In this document: positions 29,301 to 39,024 of the stretch, in pieces
Numbering within the stretch: the stretch's first letter is position 1
Layout of the letters: every line of letters begins with the position of its first letter
IMG/VR virus record: IMGVR_UViG_3300035227_000232
Span: 25,414 to 89,413 of that record
Source: a virus
Taxonomy: Duplodnaviria; Caudoviricetes
DNA: 64,000 nucleotides
Direction: 5' to 3' (one strand)
Made by a program: the position numbers and the translations under genes
Notes under the pieces: model-generated
The model's input: only the letters and a program-made list of their open reading frames with translations
The model's database searches: none
What the model was told of the DNA's origin: nothing

Positions 29301-32300
29301 GATTCGTGAAGTAAGCATTTCCGTCATAAATGTTCACGTTCTCTCCAGTGAAGTACTGGTTACCTCCGGTAATGGAAATATCATTTAGAGCGTTATAAAT
29401 ATGAACGTCACTATCGTAAATTATGTTAGTCGATAAATTTCTGGCCCCAGTAACGTATACGTCATCAGCACCAGAGAAAGTGTTATAGCCACCACTTATT
29501 CTTACGTCGAATATGTTTGTGGCGGTGACGTAGTTGATCTCTTGGCTATAATCGTTTACCGTGATTCCCGAGCCCGTGAAATGGAATGTATTCCCAGAGC
29601 CAGTGATGCTGTAGTACGAGAAGTCACCAGTCTTATCTATCTTTAATACGTTATTGTAAGTATTAGTTTGTGTTATCTCAGTTATCGTCTGATCAAAATA
29701 CGGATGATAACTATAGTCGTTTAAGGTAATTCCTGTTCCAGTGACGCTTACTGAATGGCCACTCCCCGTAACAGTCATGAACGTTCCAGATTTTTCTATC
29801 TGGTAAACGTTTGTGATTTGCTGTCTGTTGTCCTCAACAGTTATTCCAGTACTTCCGGTTATTGTGAAGGTCTGGTTAGTGCCAGTGATGGTTACGAACG
29901 ATCCCGATCTATCTATCTGGTAAACGTTTGTGGTATTTCTTGTATAATCATTTACGGTAATCCCGCTCCCAGTGATCGTTATTGAATTTCCGTCTCCCGT
30001 GATGCTGTAGAACTCTCCAGTTTTATCTACCTCATAAACATTTGTGGTCTTGCTCGAGTAGTCATTTACAGTAATCCCACTACCAGTAAACGTCAGGACA
30101 TTCGAATCTCCCGTGATGCTGTAGAACTCTCCTGATTTTTCTATCTCGTATACATCTGTATATGAATAAGAGGAGGAGTAATCATTGATAGTCGTTTGCC
30201 CTGAGCCAGTGACAGTAACGTTATCCCCAGTAACCGTTATGAATATTCCTGTTTTATCTACATCGTAAGTAACATTTGAGGAATAATCATATATGGTCGT
30301 CTGCCCAGAGCCAGTTATTGTATTGTTGTCTCCTGATACCGTAATAAATACGCCAGATTTTTCTACGAACCCACCATTATAAACATACGCATCCCCATCA
30401 AGGACTCTTATCGTCGCATTGTTATCACCCGAGATTGTTATATACGTTCCAGTGTTATCGAAGAACGTGTTGTAATTCTCGGTAGTCGAATAATCGAATG
30501 TCCCAGATTTTTCTACAACAGTAGTCGTTGTAGTTTTTGTGGAATAATCTTTTATGGTCGTCTGCCCAGAGCCAGTGATAATGTTGTTGTCACCGCTGAC
30601 GGTGATGTAGACTCCTGTCTCGTCGATTAGGTTAACCGTCGTATATCTGTTGGAGTAGTCTTTTATGGTCGTCTGCCCAGAACCAGTGACGATATTCTCA
30701 TTTCCATTTACGGTAATATAAGTTCCAGTTTCCTCAATTAGGTTAACCGTCGTATATCTGTTCGAATAATCGTTTATTGTCGTTTGGCCAGAGCCAGTGA
30801 CGATGTTCTCGTTTCCGTTTACGTCTATGAAAATTCCACTCTTATCTATCGAACTCCGTGTTACGTATCTATTGGAATAATCATTTATGGTCGTTTGTCC
30901 CGATCCTGTGACGATGTTATCATTCCCGCTAACATCTATGAACGTCCCGCTTTTACCGACGGTGGTGAACGTTCTGTTCGTGACGGTAAAATTCCTAACC
31001 TCTACGTCACCAGCACCAGTAATATTATTAGTAGTGTTATTCCCTGTTATGGTAACGAATGTTCCGCTCCTTGCGATTGCAAAAATATCGTTCCGGTTGA
31101 TGTACTGGCTATAGTCATTTATCTCCGCAAGCTCATTCCCCGTAACATTAATAGTATTTCCGCTCCCGGTTATACTTACGTAATGGAAGTCCCCGCTCTT
31201 ATCTACGAAAGCGGTAATATGATTCGTGGTATTGAAAGTATCTCTATCATCGAGGATGATATGATTGTTCCCGTTAAAGAAACGATTCAAATACCCACTA
31301 ATATAAGAACACTCACTATCGTAAAAGAAATTATAAAGGCCACTTATCTCTGCATTTCCTGTGAAATTATAGAAGTAGTTAAAGCCTTGTAAGATATCAC
31401 AATCATCAGTGGTGATTTCGTTATGGCCCGCTTGAGTCGTTACTCCCGTGGAATAAACGTAATTTACTCCCAGCTTAATTTCGACAGGACCACTGTATAT
31501 ATCATTTATACATCCAGAGATGTTAATCGTCGTGTCATCATAAGCGTTGATGAATGCGCCTGAGCCAGTGTGGTGCAGATTCACAGTAGATGTGTTATAA
31601 GAAACGACATCAACTGTTTGGCCTGTCTCTATGTAAATATGCCCAATCGAGTTATTAAGCTGAGCGGTTAAATTAGTGTCTACCCCTGTGAAAAAGGCAG
31701 TACCGCTATATACGCTAGCTGAATATACGTTATCAGCGACGAAGCTGGAATCATACGCGGTGATAGTAGAATTCCTATCTATGTCTATCTGAGTACCGCT
31801 ATAGATAGGAACAATTCCGTGATAAATACTTGGGTAGTCCCCGACGTTTACCTGACCGGAATAGTTTAGGATAGTATTATTGGTCGCAGTTACATCTACT
31901 CCCATCCCCGACACGAAAGTCATGGTGACATTTTCGCCGTTTACAATCCCCGAAACTGTTCCTGTAAAATTAGTAGTACCATTAGTTATCGTGGCCATCT
32001 CAACATCAGTCATGTTGACTGTAGAACCACTTATGATTGGGCTTTCTACGCCTAGAAAAATAAAGTCATCTCCAGAAAGATTTACGAAGTTAAGACCTCC
32101 TGTAATGTAAGGACTACTCGGCGTATTTACTACCGTGTGCCCGCCTGACAAACCAACGATACTAATATTTACACCTGTAACACTATTGACAATGCCCGTG
32201 ATGGTTACTAGATCATTATCATAAACTAGAATATCTCCGGTGCTAAGCCCAGAGATGTACACATTATGTGCATTTGTAACTGTTATGTTTCCTGACGCTA

Positions 32301-35300
32301 CGAGATTTGCGCTCGCGCCGGAATTAAAGAAAATATCATCTCCTGTTATAAGATTTTCACCGCCGTGGATGAAAACCGTACTCCCCGAAATCCTGTTATC
32401 GCCAGAGCCATAAATTGATACATTCCCGCCTATGACATCAAGGTTTCCGCCGTCATGAGTTATGGTCGCTGTTCCTTCTCCCGAAAGATTTATAAGTCCT
32501 ACATCTCCTTCTATAGTGTTGTTTCCATAATAGATCGTTCCCGTAGGAAGAGTATTAAACCCTCCGTATACTACGTTACTGGAAGGAGAATTTATTATCG
32601 GGTTTGAAGGATTATTTAAAGTGGTCGTTCCTTGATTTACCGTTACATCAGTTGCAGACCCTATGGTGGTCGTGCCACCTGAAATTGCGAATCCCCCTGT
32701 TCCTATATCTACAGTAGAATCAAAGAAGTACGATGTGTCGCTCGTGACATTAACAGTGCTTGATCCAGTATAGCCACTGAACGATATGTTCGGAGCCATG
32801 CCAGTAACGTTAGCTTCTGTCGCTCCATAGACATATGTATTAGCGTTTCCTCCGCTCTCTGGATTTTGGTTTATCGTGACAGTAGATAAACCTGTAACAA
32901 AATTCGTTCCATGATTTATTGTTAATTCACCAGAAAGATCGACAAGATTAAGACCACCGCTTATTGTAATCTCTCCACTAAAATCATTTTGCAGAACATT
33001 AGTGCCCCCACTAATTATGACAAGATTTCCGGTTACATTAGTTAGTCCCCCCGCTATGATAGCCTGACCGAAACCAGTTACTAAAGCTGTGCCATTAGAA
33101 TTCGTGTTATCTACGGTAACAATTGAACCATCACTAAATTGTAAGATGTGCGGAACATTGCCAGAGGCGTTAGAGTTATAAACGGAAACATAATTCCCAT
33201 CTCCAGAAAGAGTGATCAATTCGCTACCCGAAATATAGTTATTCGTTGTAGCTCCTGATACACCAAAGATATTTACTAAATTGCCGGAACCAGTATTAGA
33301 AAAATTTGAAAAGTCTAGCCAGTTATTTCCGTGATAAATATCTACGACATTGCCAGTGATAAGATTTTGTTGGGTGTAAACTACGAACCCACTTGAAGGA
33401 TGCGAGAAATCTCCTCTGACTACATAGATTCCAGTATTATCCGTCGGCGTAAAGTGTAGGCTCTGATACGCAATACCGATAGACGGATCATACATATTAA
33501 CGCTTGCGCCAGACCCTTCGAACGTAGTGATATCGCTATTCGTAATATTTACGATTCCACCGAACACATTTTCCGCTGATGTATTGGCATAGAAGTTAAC
33601 GACTCCAGAGTTATGGACTTGCGTGTCAACACCGCTAGTTATATTAAGTTCCCCTTGAATTGGGTTTGTTATGTCCACCGTTCCTGTGTAGACATTCATC
33701 GCCCCGTATACGGACGGAGAATTGACTCCATTAAAGATATCTAAATAATCAGTGGTAATCGTATTTACGCTATCATAGATATAATTTCTACTACCCGAGA
33801 GAGAGACGACGCTGTCGTTGATGGCCGTGTTTAAAACCCTCGAAAAATTTCCGTATGCACCGATAGTAACACCACTACTGTTCTGAATAGTTTGATTCCC
33901 ACTCGTTATATTTATGTTCTCTGAACCAGTGATAGTTATTGTGTTTACTTGCTCATTTATGTCTATCCCCGTGGAACTATGGATATGGATAATGTCGCCC
34001 GTGACATGAGCCAAAGAAGGGTTATTAACAGTTAGATTAACCTCATAAGCATCTCTAGCATCGACGTAAGAAATCCCTCCTGTAGCATTTAACTCAAGAT
34101 CGTATTCAGTACTGATAGTGTTGGTCGAATCATAAGCGTAGACAACAGAAGCATCGCTAATCGATACATTTTGATCAGCACCATTAATATATGCAGTATT
34201 AAGCTCGTTAATGTAAGAGTTCGATAGCGTCAGATTAATCGTTTGATCCCCGGTTATGTACGTGGAATAAGTTCCATAACCATTCTCATCACCAATGTTT
34301 AAAGTCGTGCATTCCGACCCGCTATTGAAAGTTACTATTCCCGTATGAGAAGTAATGTTTGCCGTACTTAGGACTGCGTCGCCTTGAAAAATTGCATAAG
34401 GATGAATGTCGATATTCGCCGTGGTCGGGTTCATCGTCCCCATGAAAATACCGCTGCCTGTGATATAGGCAGTCATAGTACCATTCGATGTGATGGTATT
34501 GTCTCCGTACCAGACGTTGATATCTGACTTACCCAAATAACTGTCATCGACAGTCATTGTATTAACGCCACCCGTTACTATTAGATATCCCCCGGTCTTT
34601 GCATGTAGGGCATTAACGCCTCCCGTAATATTGATTGGCACAGAGGAGCCGGAAGCGTTGTTCAGTACATTAATATTAGTAGTTAAGAGATCGCGGTTTA
34701 CAAACTGTACACCAGAATAAATTGTGATGTAATTCTCCTGATATCCGTAGTTCCCATTAGAGAATGATGGGGAATAATGTCCGCCCTCCTCGATATTGTT
34801 TTCTATAGTAGTATAAACTGGTGCTGGTTCATCGCCGGATACGTAATCCGTTATAAGGATGCTAGAGTGTGTGACATCAAGGGTTCCCGTTCCAAAAGAA
34901 ACGATAAAAGAAGAGTCGCTACCGGAAACACTGACTACTGAATCTGATATAACAGCATTACTTTGCTCTATATAAACTGGGTCTACAGTATTAACATGCG
35001 TAGTACCACTCCATATGCTAAACGCAGCACCCGTGGCGTTTATGTTGCCTCCTGTTATATAATTGCTGCCTCCTGAGATATGCACGAGCCCAGAATTCGC
35101 GATAGTCTGTTGTCCTCCGATGACCTGAAAAACTCCAGCTTCGTCTAAATCAATAGTGTTGATACCACCAGAAATATTTATATTACCAGTTATATTACCG
35201 GAGACATTTAGGATACCGCCATAATTTGAAATATAGTTATCGCCACTAATGTCTACACTTCCGCCAGAATTCCAGATGTTTAAAACCCCGCTGTTCCTGT

Positions 35301-36717
35301 CAATGAAAGCACGGTTTAAATTATAGACCGTATTTTGTGATCCGGGTTCAATGACAAACAAATAACCAGTGATATCAGCAATAATATTGGAACCATGATA
35401 GTTCCTCATTAAGACGGTCGAACCTATCCCTACATTATTTACTGAAAGCTGCTGATTCGAATCATCAATATTTAGGGTGATTACATCGTTAGTTCCACCG
35501 TCTACGGTTATGTCTCCAGCCGGATTGTTTACGTTGGTTGAATACGTAAGCTGCTCGATTACACCACCTGTTATCTGGACTCCAGCAGATGAAACGTCGA
35601 TGTTCTTGATTGTATCTCCGGTGACTGAAGCGTTGCCTCCATCTTCCACAAACACATTTATACCACTCTCAAAATCTAAAACGTTTTTACCGTTTACATA
35701 AAGCCCCCCGCTAATATTAACGTCCTTATGAAGAGTGAGAGTGCTTGTCTTAAGGAAATTTTTTCTAATCTCGAAATCAGGAAGAACACCCTCGTATAAA
35801 TGTACTGATTCTATGTTCCCGGTGAAGTGGTTATGGGTATGTGTCTCTCCCGTGTTATACCCTACTAGAAATGGCTGATCGTTATAAGATATTGCAGCCC
35901 CAGCTTGAGAAGAATCTCCTGTTATATATTTTCCATTAGCGTAAATGCTATGGGTCGTTCCGTCCCACTTCGCCGTAACGTAATGCCAGCCACTCCAATG
36001 TATATCATCTACCGCTACTTCTGAGGCTGAATCGTCAAACCTAATCCTATGGACAAGTCTTCCAGAATTATAATAGTGAAAGCCATAGCTCGTATCATTT
36101 CCTTTTGTTAGCTTACCAGCTACGAAGTTTCCTTCTCTGTGCCCTTCTTGAGTAGGATTAAAATACATCCCGAAAGTAAATACCTCAGGACGGATGGAGC
36201 TACTGTCTTCGATTCTTCCGAAATCGCCAGTTTCATCGACAATGAATTGATTGACATGAAACTCAGCCATCTGACCCGTACTCACGAATGATAGATCATT
36301 TTCGTAATACGATTGGTCATACCACTGTGCCCCAGTACCATGATAGCTGTCTAATTTGGAGGCATCTAAATCTAAACTAAGCCCTGACTTAACAATGGAG
36401 TTGGGGTCATTTGCTATCGTAGACCTAAGAGGAATCCCATTTATATAATAATCTCCAGCATTAAGGAACAAGCTTCCACTTTGTACGGATAAGTCACCAC
36501 CATAGATCGTTACATTTTTATCGAAGAAAGCGTCACTGTCATGAACGTGAAGAGCACCGAAAAGCTCGGAGTCTCCCTCTACTAATAAGCCCGTCCCTTT
36601 GACATGAAAAAGACCAGCGTTTACCTGTCCCAACTCATTAGAGAGGTAAACGTTGACATCCTGAGGTATCGGCACAAGCTCAGGAATGAAACCCGTAATT
36701 ATCGTACAATTCGCCAT
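23311..36717 (-). CDS. Giant 4468 aa fibre/adhesin: half IPT domain, LamG-like domain, long ITG/SG-rich beta-solenoid, C-terminal fibre domains
   Basis: Uninterrupted ORF. LamG-like segment ([39 protein letters not shown]) at about 36400-35750. The body is G/T/N/I/S/V-rich. Confidence 0.9.
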   Translation of the reverse strand: MANCTIITGFIPELVPIPQDVNVYLSNELGQVNAGLFHVKGTGLLVEGDSELFGALHVHDSDAFFDKNVTIYGGDLSVQSGSLFLNAGDYYINGIPLRSTIANDPNSIVKSGLSLDLDASKLDSYHGTGAQWYDQSYYENDLSFVSTGQMAEFHVNQFIVDETGDFGRIEDSSSIRPEVFTFGMYFNPTQEGHREGNFVAGKLTKGNDTSYGFHYYNSGRLVHRIRFDDSASEVAVDDIHWSGWHYVTAKWDGTTHSIYANGKYITGDSSQAGAAISYNDQPFLVGYNTGETHTHNHFTGNIESVHLYEGVLPDFEIRKNFLKTSTLTLHKDVNISGGLYVNGKNVLDFESGINVFVEDGGNASVTGDTIKNIDVSSAGVQITGGVIEQLTYSTNVNNPAGDITVDGGTNDVITLNIDDSNQQLSVNNVGIGSTVLMRNYHGSNIIADITGYLFVIEPGSQNTVYNLNRAFIDRNSGVLNIWNSGGSVDISGDNYISNYGGILNVSGNITGNINISGGINTIDLDEAGVFQVIGGQQTIANSGLVHISGGSNYITGGNINATGAAFSIWSGTTHVNTVDPVYIEQSNAVISDSVVSVSGSDSSFIVSFGTGTLDVTHSSILITDYVSGDEPAPVYTTIENNIEEGGHYSPSFSNGNYGYQENYITIYSGVQFVNRDLLTTNINVLNNASGSSVPINITGGVNALHAKTGGYLIVTGGVNTMTVDDSYLGKSDINVWYGDNTITSNGTMTAYITGSGIFMGTMNPTTANIDIHPYAIFQGDAVLSTANITSHTGIVTFNSGSECTTLNIGDENGYGTYSTYITGDQTINLTLSNSYINELNTAYINGADQNVSISDASVVYAYDSTNTISTEYDLELNATGGISYVDARDAYEVNLTVNNPSLAHVTGDIIHIHSSTGIDINEQVNTITITGSENINITSGNQTIQNSSGVTIGAYGNFSRVLNTAINDSVVSLSGSRNYIYDSVNTITTDYLDIFNGVNSPSVYGAMNVYTGTVDITNPIQGELNITSGVDTQVHNSGVVNFYANTSAENVFGGIVNITNSDITTFEGSGASVNMYDPSIGIAYQSLHFTPTDNTGIYVVRGDFSHPSSGFVVYTQQNLITGNVVDIYHGNNWLDFSNFSNTGSGNLVNIFGVSGATTNNYISGSELITLSGDGNYVSVYNSNASGNVPHILQFSDGSIVTVDNTNSNGTALVTGFGQAIIAGGLTNVTGNLVIISGGTNVLQNDFSGEITISGGLNLVDLSGELTINHGTNFVTGLSTVTINQNPESGGNANTYVYGATEANVTGMAPNISFSGYTGSSTVNVTSDTSYFFDSTVDIGTGGFAISGGTTTIGSATDVTVNQGTTTLNNPSNPIINSPSSNVVYGGFNTLPTGTIYYGNNTIEGDVGLINLSGEGTATITHDGGNLDVIGGNVSIYGSGDNRISGSTVFIHGGENLITGDDIFFNSGASANLVASGNITVTNAHNVYISGLSTGDILVYDNDLVTITGIVNSVTGVNISIVGLSGGHTVVNTPSSPYITGGLNFVNLSGDDFIFLGVESPIISGSTVNMTDVEMATITNGTTNFTGTVSGIVNGENVTMTFVSGMGVDVTATNNTILNYSGQVNVGDYPSIYHGIVPIYSGTQIDIDRNSTITAYDSSFVADNVYSASVYSGTAFFTGVDTNLTAQLNNSIGHIYIETGQTVDVVSYNTSTVNLHHTGSGAFINAYDDTTINISGCINDIYSGPVEIKLGVNYVYSTGVTTQAGHNEITTDDCDILQGFNYFYNFTGNAEISGLYNFFYDSECSYISGYLNRFFNGNNHIILDDRDTFNTTNHITAFVDKSGDFHYVSITGSGNTINVTGNELAEINDYSQYINRNDIFAIARSGTFVTITGNNTTNNITGAGDVEVRNFTVTNRTFTTVGKSGTFIDVSGNDNIVTGSGQTTINDYSNRYVTRSSIDKSGIFIDVNGNENIVTGSGQTTINDYSNRYTTVNLIEETGTYITVNGNENIVTGSGQTTIKDYSNRYTTVNLIDETGVYITVSGDNNIITGSGQTTIKDYSTKTTTTTVVEKSGTFDYSTTENYNTFFDNTGTYITISGDNNATIRVLDGDAYVYNGGFVEKSGVFITVSGDNNTITGSGQTTIYDYSSNVTYDVDKTGIFITVTGDNVTVTGSGQTTINDYSSSYSYTDVYEIEKSGEFYSITGDSNVLTFTGSGITVNDYSSKTTNVYEVDKTGEFYSITGDGNSITITGSGITVNDYTRNTTNVYQIDRSGSFVTITGTNQTFTITGSTGITVEDNRQQITNVYQIEKSGTFMTVTGSGHSVSVTGTGITLNDYSYHPYFDQTITEITQTNTYNNVLKIDKTGDFSYYSITGSGNTFHFTGSGITVNDYSQEINYVTATNIFDVRISGGYNTFSGADDVYVTGARNLSTNIIYDSDVHIYNALNDISITGGNQYFTGENVNIYDGNAYFTNLSGGIVNVEDSDVQILNSGIVDVTGSDVTVFNGPYTNPGEYIYTGYFITGAGNTLINVSGTTSIVNITGEVTVSGGKNSISDSEVNIYEGTNSLSGNESIYLTGTADLYGELGIYGNDNYFFPQDGSVVNVDTGIAHISGGLVHIGSGIASGASPTFTIGITGSTVAINSGCENSIYDSVANIFTNTATLSGGVNNVFSQTVGLDGGVNTMVVSGDVRAITGGVNTITTDNVNSVTGGVNTFNILHSGYVNLMSGQDTNIYATGNELTDIKLYITGNTFEAGSSNAGTNNITATSQAGGTTNIDVDLASHDNAATHHHLIDTFNANYSNVYLTGSQNINAGTISQAHNTFNTVSLGGTNAFSSLTAYGPSVHESGLVTGDVELNTVRNLVIGITNGPLNVTITGSGTGYFTGPYASGSVGITGTVNNLSVTGGHVTLNSNTLTSNVDVDESSVEINHYTGGNTNYINTSTVTIISGHTNITGGEITVQESINDIEVNIASGSDASLTLTNSTNYISGGVSHISGSAYITGGINYISGGAGFVATLSSGLNNTIHSYGGDITINNKPTITGNTVTGSGSISVEEGDIFIYHSGDGHNLTINSGEVTITGTNSQIDIHGGDNYLYMPTGTYVYGDITNWQSTGTIESISQAGTDHSIGTLNHTGNIGDFDIDLISGTIGTIQLSSYLDLTDTIITGSGNNIYSESNIDNFYVNNSEITNIFLGSGILDIDTGIIGNVYLTGTSTGDFDIDYQSGDLTVNAFQNYENTQSSYATSSYYGGGAVATTSASADQEVGAIRLDIGSHVGDSTIDLSTYYSSTASPAGGYASNNSSSQVFTKDNSPVTVDIVLESGSDLFLNANFTNSISQSTSSYYGSTNTFTNTGNVYQVSITGDGIVHITGSDGIHIYDADTISITGTANITGSNPIISGSTVYAYDSNLDLAKTTNAIFVTGGHNEIYTRAQNIFTGATTVSGHYIEEGGFINITGNVENLYSGVTINQIFSGTQYATGIIENVIITGGINDLEGDNLTLYAAYIGTLRNTDNSVTTGSFVTTGNTVTGSGVLNVYNTLNKSTNNTVNLTGDHSHVNTVISGTVNVNSDAITSLRITGGVNAISGGDDQIVNISGGDNTIDGGTATIIGDIANLTLKDSVNTVTGGTIQVDGGINDITGHYVGITGGTNYINHNQDIDNIDAYGGTFHLQYNTGVTVTGTDFTVNITDGTTSITGQNNAINLTTSVLNATQTDGDIFVYESTVTANDFSNLNITGGLNTNYIDNRSGVANIDNSLLQTVDASSSSVIKNYLTQVTTITGGTTYITGNVTGKLIETANIYTGTTNIPVYASDGIGSITINSGLTNLDYATGVNIYQGSNNIHDSDVILQGDSSNIYITGGINTFTGRNIDISGGINYVTLSGEDVLLYNSTMVVTGGSISYVSGHDIDIYHGTTNITDHPNEINVWYTQTDGTSNDARVIISGGLTNVYQFRNIEKHSGAFTDINHIGPEALHYQYNTHTSNSANYGYAGSATSYQYNNPSITGSVHNVTGVSNTTNISGGVVNIYNAPRVHADYRDNTFSAVGYYSQSNFSPTFSSTISDNEFTNTNTIHNSTVTITGTYDNIGQTNFDSGNTVNIYIDGAVHLEQPTGNIIGNVSSMTFTGINKQLNVSGSVQIIDAHEIVLQNFNDAQNVDSNVSVIDSNIGGSVNVYGGLTQVLGTNPVTFNLTTGDLAANTIIHHGQLSHGFAIGDVIRYEQQPVVSPGVPAISGYVKACANNISTSTPLGVVKSVLGSSFEYVSHGQIPYITGYTAGQPLYLSDVTSGQLTEVAPSSFGSSVVEVAQVVNGGHLIVSPHFSGTHIFPQNTGANIYPTKYVGSTAFGNSDTFYRDHLMAETVMMTKKIDLTQTGKHVIHMSPEGYFYADEAGLLITESTNPVLTGPEFMMGYSGDLEGYTDKNAIDAITEGQRERYLALNDTKATDHMIVTISSGATAGALEGKFYFKGFLTQDS
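29520..31210 (-). repeat. About 14 tandem 35-40 aa repeats (core period 111 nt) inside the giant ORF
   Basis: Consensus [22 protein letters not shown]...I[DE]K[ST]GxF. TATGGTCGTCTGCCCAGA occurs at 30553 and 30664. Confidence 0.92.
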
Positions 36718-36729
36718 TAAATCATCATC

Positions 36730-39021
36730 CTAGCATACCCTATAAGCAGTAAAACCTGTAATCTCAAAATCCCCGAATTTTATTGTTTTCACAAAATCTA
36801 AATTATCACCCGAAATCGTAAATGATCTAAACGGCTGACCAGCGACAGGGAACACTCCATCTACCCTCATGGGTCTCACGTTCGTAAAAATACCCGTAGA
36901 AACAGCGATTTCCCCTACAATATTCTCAGCTAAGAGATGACCAGAGCCACTAAAAGAATACGGAGGATTGAAGCTAAGTGAGTAGTCATCTGAAATAATT
37001 AAGTTATCTGCAAATCCAGATACTGACGGGAATGAATCAAATCCACTAAACATAACTCCCGTAATTTGAGAAAGACTGTATCCCTCCACGGAAACTGAAG
37101 TGTTTTGATATCCAAACTTCGGGGAAAATGAATTTATCGTCGGTAATGGTGGCAATAGTTGATATTTTTCATCTTTAAATAATATCCCATCTAGATGCCC
37201 TATTTCATTAAGGAAATGCATTCTCCCTGAAACGAGTGCTGATACCTGTGCCTCTGGGGTGGATGTTTCGAAAATGGGGTCCTCAGCTATCAAAGCAAAA
37301 TATCCACTTTCGAAATATTCAGTATCTGCGTCGTATGGTAGAACCCCAGAAAAATAAGAGTATCCGGGGTACGTATACGTAGGTGGATCACCGCTATCGC
37401 CATTAAGAAATATATCAGTTCTACCAAGACTTACCCCACCAGCTTTATTGTTTCCGGTATAACCCAGAACGAGTGATCTAATAGCATTAATCCCAGAGAC
37501 ACAAAACTGTGTAGCAGCGAATCTAATTGTATTTGGCGAAGATGGATTCTTTAAAGTCACACCTTCTATAGTCGGGATTACCGTGAAATTTCCTATATCT
37601 GGATAGTAAAAGGCGTTTCCCGCTATTCCAGAAACGTACACTTGCGAAGAAAAAGTTTCTTTCGGTACTTGAAACGTCGCTCCAGTTTCATTCGTGTATA
37701 TAAGATTGTCCCCTTTAAGAGTATTAGCATCCGTTACACCATCAGCATTTCTGAAGAAAAATTCTGCTCCTGATAGATTAAGTCCAGACACAGTGATTAC
37801 ATCAGAATATCTCCCAGATAATGGAGTCATGCTTTGGACAGCAGCATCAAAAATTACATTAAATTCATTAGCAGAAGAAGTGGAGCCTCCCTCATTCGTC
37901 ACTCTTATCTCTCCATCTATAGCGTCATTAGGAACGTTGACTCCGATTGCCCTATTGTTTAGTAACTTAAAACTAGTCGAATTTATTCTGGACTCTGTTT
38001 CATTCTCTCCCGAAAAATCCACATTAAGAGCAGAGGGCATCCTTGCACCGCTAAGGATTATGTAATCTCCTCTTCTCCCAAGGGGGGGATTGATATCATC
38101 TATAGAGACAGGAGACATCAATAACTTAAAATCCTCGCTTGAGGTAGCTCCCCCACCTGTCGCGACGATATGAATCCTATTATCTCCGACTAACGAATCA
38201 GGTACTTTAAACTGTATTTCCCCAGAGCTTATTACAGTGTCTGCGTCATTCTCTATCCCTGTTATGCCATTCACCACAAACCCAGAAGCGTGAATATATC
38301 CCCCGAACCCAATGCTTGAAACGTTTATGTAGTTGGCTCCCGAAACCGTGATAGTCTCCCCAGTGAGGCCGGACGCTGGAGAGAATCCTTTTATGTAAGG
38401 AGGAGGTATTACTTTAAACGGATGGCCTACCCCGGTGTGCCACTGATCATAGCGATTACTTAATACAATCTCGTAATCTATAGTTCCTGATACTGCTGAT
38501 TCATATTTATTATCATATCCAGAAAGAGAAACAGTTTCTGGAACAGAAAATCTAAGTTGATCACCATTGGTTATATCCCAACTATCTGAGTCTATCGTTA
38601 GCGGTATTCCCGAAACACTTATCCCCGGAGTATTAAAATATGCTTTAGTTCCATCAAAAAACCCTGTCTGCGGGAATAGGTTTCTTCCAGTAACAAGAAC
38701 TTCGTTCCCCCCGATCCCACTACTCGGAATAACTCCTGAAATAGTTGCTGGGCCTAATTGCCTGAGTCCTTGGCCATAATCGTATTGCCCTGTTATAATT
38801 CCAGCAGGAGTAGTAACATAGGCATCATATTCTCCTTCTGGCAATCCAGCAGGAACTTCGAATAAAAGGAAACTTGCTCTAGTTATCGGGTCTTCAGATA
38901 CTGATATAATATCTACGCCTGTCGTGAGCGAACCACAGTAAATGACAGAGCTCAAGGAACACTTAAAGGTAAGGTCTGTAGCCCCCCCTAATCTAAACCC
39001 TTGAATGTATCCTCTAGGCAT
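36730..39021 (-). CDS. IPT/TIG (Ig-like) repeat structural protein
   Basis: About 8 repeats of I..xxP.xG..G..(V/I)T(V/I)xGxNL...F...VP..G.(I/V).V. Confidence 0.88.
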   Translation of the reverse strand: MPRGYIQGFRLGGATDLTFKCSLSSVIYCGSLTTGVDIISVSEDPITRASFLLFEVPAGLPEGEYDAYVTTPAGIITGQYDYGQGLRQLGPATISGVIPSSGIGGNEVLVTGRNLFPQTGFFDGTKAYFNTPGISVSGIPLTIDSDSWDITNGDQLRFSVPETVSLSGYDNKYESAVSGTIDYEIVLSNRYDQWHTGVGHPFKVIPPPYIKGFSPASGLTGETITVSGANYINVSSIGFGGYIHASGFVVNGITGIENDADTVISSGEIQFKVPDSLVGDNRIHIVATGGGATSSEDFKLLMSPVSIDDINPPLGRRGDYIILSGARMPSALNVDFSGENETESRINSTSFKLLNNRAIGVNVPNDAIDGEIRVTNEGGSTSSANEFNVIFDAAVQSMTPLSGRYSDVITVSGLNLSGAEFFFRNADGVTDANTLKGDNLIYTNETGATFQVPKETFSSQVYVSGIAGNAFYYPDIGNFTVIPTIEGVTLKNPSSPNTIRFAATQFCVSGINAIRSLVLGYTGNNKAGGVSLGRTDIFLNGDSGDPPTYTYPGYSYFSGVLPYDADTEYFESGYFALIAEDPIFETSTPEAQVSALVSGRMHFLNEIGHLDGILFKDEKYQLLPPLPTINSFSPKFGYQNTSVSVEGYSLSQITGVMFSGFDSFPSVSGFADNLIISDDYSLSFNPPYSFSGSGHLLAENIVGEIAVSTGIFTNVRPMRVDGVFPVAGQPFRSFTISGDNLDFVKTIKFGDFEITGFTAYRVC

Positions 39022-39024
39022 TTT

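Noticed and set aside
29520-31210. Tandem repeats as a CRISPR array or a DGR template/variable pair
   Set aside because: The repeats are in-frame coding units that vary mostly at synonymous positions. There are no unique spacers, no adenine-specific mismatch pattern that I could see, and no reverse transcriptase.
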